DNA from: Raillietiella orientalis
Taxonomy: Eukaryota
NCBI GenBank assembly: GCA_036172245.1
Contig: JAYWIR010000009.1
Location: 5,022,001 to 5,086,000 of the forward strand
Direction of reading: 5' to 3'
Length of the DNA stretch: 64,000 nucleotides
Shown: positions 59,713 through 64,000 of the stretch, piece after piece
Layout of the letters: every line of letters starts with the position of its first letter
Numbering within the stretch: position 1 is the first letter of the stretch
The notes under the pieces: model-generated
Database searches by the model: none
Told to the model about the DNA's origin: nothing
What the model saw: only the letters and a program-made list of their open reading frames with translations
Translations under genes and position numbers: made by a program

Positions 59713-62700
59713 TTCACACCCGGATGTGCCGGGGCATTTATTTCATAGAAATAAAATTACAGAAAAATGTCGCGTGGCGAACCCAAAGGTTCACCACTCC
59801 AAAACAGCTTGCTGGTTGCCGGCTCTAGGCCGGAGAGGTCCTTCCGATGCGCGGGGATGGGAAATAAACAAAAAGAAACAAAGTTCAAATGTGGGGGGGG
59901 AACAAATGTTTTAGGGGTGGGAGGGCAGGGAAGGGATCACGTTGCACGTGGACAGGTCCTCTAGATCCTATTCAGGATCCGCACAAGCTGAGTCCTTTCA
60001 GCGCCTAAGTGGCGCCACTTGCAGACACTGCGCGCGAAAAGACGAGTCCAGTGTAAGGCGTTGCCGGTTGGCTGACGCCTTCTGGTGGCGTTCCAAGCCG
60101 CCACTATTCCTCTGATGCAGCAGAGGACTGCTACACTAGCGGGCGGGGACAAGACGTCACTACAAAAGAGGCGCTTTAAAACGTCCTTTGGGTCGCATCC
60201 GCGCAAGTCCAGGATCGCCGCGAGACGATCCCACAAAGGGCGGAGGGCGCTGCACTCAAGGAGAAGGTGGGGGAATGTTTCTTTTTCCCCACACCGGTCA
60301 CAATTAGGATCCACAGCTCCCCGGGTGGTGTGATGCAGGCGCGCTTTGAATGGTAATCCCCAGAGTACCACAAGCAACGCCACATCCTGCCATTTCAGAT
60401 GAAGGGATGCACTGTTCTAGGACGCTGGGGGCCACTTCATCTCCTCCGGAGATAGTCCGAGTAGCTCGCCCCAGCGTCGAATTCCGTCGGGCGGGACACT
60501 CGGCGTCGCAGCGTCAGCTAGCTGCCGAGATGTCCATGCCTATATCAATTGTGCCCTGCCGCCTATGATGCAGGACACGGTCCATTTCCCCTGCTCGCTA
60601 CTGTCCCTGGCATTCACAAGGAAGGGCAGCACTGGGGCGAGGGGGGTTATCAAGGCCCACAGAAGCTTGTCGTGGGACTGCACGATCTCCTGCAGCGTCC
60701 AGCGGGCGTGCCTTTTCATACAAGTGTTCCTTGTGCCCGCCGGAACGTGGATCTTTACCCAGGTGGAGACTGACTCGTGCAACCAGGCGGAGTAGTTCCC
60801 TGGGAGGCAGGAGATCCAGGCGTTCTCCCGAACCGCAACAAAGATGCGTCGCAGCATAGAGCCACAGTATGGTCTTCTGCAGACGCGCGCAGACAGAAAC
60901 GAAAAAAGTCCGCCGATTCCGCAGGCTCGTTGGGCCAGGAGGCGTGCTGGAACGCACCAAGGCGTGTCCCACAATTCTGCCGCAAGGGCGAGAGTCCTGA
61001 ATCGAAGTTGTAGTTCCATGCGCTCCAGCGTAAGTACGCCAAGTCCACCGTCCTTGCGTGGAGCGCACAAGTCTTTGAGCCTCACACGGGACCTCCCTTT
61101 GCCCCAAAGGACTGTCCTCAGGAGGCCCGCTGCTCGTTTCCGAATAAAATAAGGGACGGGGCAAACAAAAAGTAGGGGGCGAAGGAGGGGAGCCGCAAAC
61201 GCGTTCCACACCGCGGCCCGTTCCTGCAAGTAGAACTTGCCTTCTTGGAACGGACCGATCGCCAACGCTGCCTTTTGGAGACGGTCGGACCAGGCTTCTG
61301 CTGCGCAGAAGTCCCCCAATGGTACGCCGAGGTACTTGAAGCACCTGCCCGTGGGGATCCCCAAGCGGATCCAGTTCGACCGTCCAGCCCACGCCGAACC
61401 GACGAAGACCATGGACGACTTCGCCCTGTTCACCTCCAGGCCCGTCCCGCGGCGCAGCAACTCGAAGAAGTCCTCGAGTGCACTCGCCGGGGTGGACCCG
61501 GGATGCAGCAGCAGAAGATCGTCTGCATAGGCCGACACGGCAGGCGTGCCGGCACACGAGCTCGGCAGGGTTGCCAGAGTTACCCTGTATGCCCTCAGCA
61601 CCAACTCGAAGTAGATGCTGAAGAGCAAGGGGCTCAGGCTGTCACCCTGCCGGATGCCGCGGCGTACGGGCACGCCGTACACGTGCCGGCCGCTGAAACC
61701 GATATTGATTGACGCGTTGCGCCAGCTGGAGCGCAGGTAAGATTGAAGCACGGCAGGGAAACCCATGCGTTCCAGGAGCTCCAGAAGGAGATCCTGGTCG
61801 ACGCAGTCGAATGCTTTGTGCAAATCGACCGCGACGGCAAAGGCTCCCGCCGAGTCCATCCCACACTCTGCCCGATCTTCTTGGTCAGAGGGGGGCGCGA
61901 GGCTCCCTTGACCGTCCTGTGCAACGCGTTGTCGCAACTGCCACCATGAGCTGGCGAGGAGCAGGTTGGCCTCCATGGTTCGTCCGGGAACAGCATAGGT
62001 CTGCTCGGGACTCACCACGGAAGCGGCCACCCGCCCAAAACGCTCAGCCCACAACTTGGCATACAACTTTGCGTCCGCATTCACTACTGTGATGGGACGC
62101 CAGTTGCCAATGTTGCGTAAGTCTCCTGACTTCGGCAGGAGACGTACTTTTGCTGACCGGAACGAGGCGGGAACTTCGCCGTGTTCGCGGATCAGCGCAC
62201 TTACCCTGAGCACCAGGGGGGCCAGCTCTGGCGCGAAGCGATGGTAAAACTCCGCGGGCAGGCCGTCCTCCCCTGGTGCCTTCCTTCTCTTTAGCCTGTT
62301 GATGGCGGAGATGATCTCCGCCATCGTGAACGGTTCCGCCAATCTGGAACGGTCCTCCTCCTTGAGCGCGGGAGCGCCATCCGGCAGCAGGCGCTGCGCG
62401 AAATGGCGCTCAGGTGGTAGTGGCGCGTACAAGGAGGAATAAAACTCCCGCACGATGCGGCTTACCTGGGCTGGGCTGGAGCGTTCTTGGCCCTGATGAT
62501 CCAGCAGGCAGGCCGAGCCTGACTGCCAGGCCTGCCTCTCCGCCTCAGCCTTGAATTCAGCCAGGCGACGGACGTCGGGACGCCGGGAATAACGGCGCGC
62601 CTGGAGGTACGCCCGCTCGTTCCTGACACCCTCACCGAAGCCCGGCGGAAGACGTTCCAGCGGAAACTGGTCGCAAAACTCACGGACTGAGCACTTCATT

Positions 62701-64000
62701 TCGTCCCAGTCCGCGAGCGTCTGAAGCTGGAATCCTCGCAGGAAACAGCGTAGATGTTCCGCCGCTCCTGCGAGGCGCAACCAATCCCCTGGCAGGCGCC
62801 ATGTTTTCAGGGGAGGGCCCTTAGTGCGCGGATGTAACTCGAGCACGAGCCGTGGATGGTCGGACAGCTCTGCCGGGAGCGTTCCTCGAGTTCCCACCCG
62901 CGTGCACAGGTGGTTGTCGAGGAACATGTGGTCGATGTTCCGATCTCTCCCGGCATCGCCGGCCAACAAGTTGCGCGCATGCATGGCTGCGCACAACTCG
63001 TTGACCAGCTGTGCTCGTCCGCTGGGCGCACCTGCCAGCAGGCGGAGATTGAAATCGCCCGCAATGAGGTGCCCCCTTCGCACGCCTGCTTCGGCCAACC
63101 AGTCTCGCCGCAAGGTTTCGAAGAACGCAGTGCGTTCCTCGGCCCTGTGGCTGCTCACCGGAGCGTACAGGTTCGTGACTACGAGGTCGATCGAGTCGGA
63201 CCACTTGAACACAAGCTGCCCAACTCGACCATCCCCGTCGAACCGTGCACTGCGCAGTGAGTTGTCGACGGTTGGCTTTAGCAGAAAGGCCACTCCGCAG
63301 GAGTTGTCCGTTCCGTTCCTCCACAGTAGCCGCCCTCCCGCGATTCTTTCGATTTGCTGGACATCTCCCGGTCGGAGAACGTGCGTCTCTTGCAGGAGCA
63401 CCAGGTCGAAGTCTCGCAGTATGGCGGCTACATCTCGCCTCTTTCCGTCGTCGCGCAACCCGTTGACATTCCAACAGGTGATGCGCAAGCGGCGACAGAA
63501 GGCGAGCCCACGCACTGATGCGTTTATTGTGGGGTGGAGGCGGCCTCCTCCCTTGCGGGAGGCGGCTTGTTGGCGGCCGTGACGACGGTCGGCTGCTCAC
63601 ACGGGAGCACGTCGTCCACAGCGACTTCCATGGGGCTGGCATCCGAGACACGGATCGGAGAGGGGTCGCGTGGCGCGACGCACATTGCCTCCTCCTCCGT
63701 GCCCGAGGACATGGCCTCCTCCACCTGCGGAGGGGCGACCCGTCTCGGGCAACCGGTCTTCTTGCCAGCCTTCCTCTTCGGCACGGCTGCGGAAGTAGAA
63801 CAACCGGCTTCGGTTTCGGACTCGGAATTTTCCGGGCCCTTCACCGTTGCCGGTCGTCTCAAGGCCTTCTTCTCGGCCTTGGCAGGCTGCCGTAACATGG
63901 CTGCCAGCTCTTCCGCGGCCTGCGCGAAGGTCGCGTCCGTTATGCGCGCCGCCTCCTCGCTTTCCGCACCGACGCTTTGCGCAGGCGCGACAGGGGCGGC
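59713..64000 (-). mobile_element. L1/Tx1 LINE D, the best-preserved copy; runs off the window end
   Basis: ORF1 tail 63524-64000, ORF2 63515 down to 59961, terminal hairpin at 59717-59742. Confidence 0.95.
60540..63515 (-). CDS. LINE ORF2 (APE endonuclease + reverse transcriptase), 991 aa open; C-terminus frameshifted
   Basis: WNVNGL, LQET, GDFN, SDH, PGEDG, WRPI, DLHKAFD, GIRQGDSLSP, YADD, YLG. Confidence 0.9.
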   Translation of the reverse strand: MRGLAFCRRLRITCWNVNGLRDDGKRRDVAAILRDFDLVLLQETHVLRPGDVQQIERIAGGRLLWRNGTDNSCGVAFLLKPTVDNSLRSARFDGDGRVGQLVFKWSDSIDLVVTNLYAPVSSHRAEERTAFFETLRRDWLAEAGVRRGHLIAGDFNLRLLAGAPSGRAQLVNELCAAMHARNLLAGDAGRDRNIDHMFLDNHLCTRVGTRGTLPAELSDHPRLVLELHPRTKGPPLKTWRLPGDWLRLAGAAEHLRCFLRGFQLQTLADWDEMKCSVREFCDQFPLERLPPGFGEGVRNERAYLQARRYSRRPDVRRLAEFKAEAERQAWQSGSACLLDHQGQERSSPAQVSRIVREFYSSLYAPLPPERHFAQRLLPDGAPALKEEDRSRLAEPFTMAEIISAINRLKRRKAPGEDGLPAEFYHRFAPELAPLVLRVSALIREHGEVPASFRSAKVRLLPKSGDLRNIGNWRPITVVNADAKLYAKLWAERFGRVAASVVSPEQTYAVPGRTMEANLLLASSWWQLRQRVAQDGQGSLAPPSDQEDRAECGMDSAGAFAVAVDLHKAFDCVDQDLLLELLERMGFPAVLQSYLRSSWRNASINIGFSGRHVYGVPVRRGIRQGDSLSPLLFSIYFELVLRAYRVTLATLPSSCAGTPAVSAYADDLLLLHPGSTPASALEDFFELLRRGTGLEVNRAKSSMVFVGSAWAGRSNWIRLGIPTGRCFKYLGVPLGDFCAAEAWSDRLQKAALAIGPFQEGKFYLQERAAVWNAFAAPLLRPLLFVCPVPYFIRKRAAGLLRTVLWGKGRSRVRLKDLCAPRKDGGLGVLTLERMELQLRFRTLALAAELWDTPWCVPARLLAQRACGIGGLFSFLSARVCRRPYCGSMLRRIFVAVRENAWISCLPGNYSAWLHESVSTWVKIHVPAGTRNTCMKRHARWTLQEIVQSHDKLLWALITPLAPVLPFLVNARDSSEQGKWTVSCIIGGRAQLI

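Noticed and set aside
45469..63898. Many long overlapping ORFs antisense or out of frame to the LINE ORFs (e.g. 50497-51747, 58424-59914, 49087-50166)
   Set aside because: These are shadow ORFs expected in GC-rich coding sequence and have no independent motifs.
1..64000. CRISPR array or prokaryotic defence system
   Set aside because: There are no regularly spaced identical repeats or cas-like ORFs, and the content (LINEs, NUMTs, EVEs) is eukaryotic.

Overview
Eukaryotic nuclear DNA, most likely from an arthropod. The evidence is the embedded mitochondrial fragments, which use the invertebrate mitochondrial code, follow the arthropod gene order and strand pattern, and include T-armless tRNAs. 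I found no intact host gene. The window is a dense mosaic of short foreign fragments joined end to end. (i) RNA-virus elements: qinvirus-like N x2, phenuivirus-like N x3, partiti-like capsid, orthomyxo-like NP, sobemo-like protease/VPg, flavi-like RdRp and a possible narna-like fragment. All of these code on the minus strand. (ii) About ten pieces of one ambisense CRESS-DNA virus lineage, including a near-complete cap/ori/rep genome. (iii) Two independently captured NUMTs. (iv) Four Utopia/NeSL-like RLE retrotransposon fragments. (v) Many copies of an L1/Tx1-clade LINE that ends in a conserved hairpin instead of a poly(A) tail, and that forms a nested stack from 45.4 kb to the end of the window. 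The strand bias and composition suggest a uni-strand piRNA-cluster-like antiviral archive. Several junctions carry fold-back or templated insertions, and one joins two different virus strains at the homologous codon position. Viral family calls come from motif recognition by eye, not database searches, and many boundaries are approximate.
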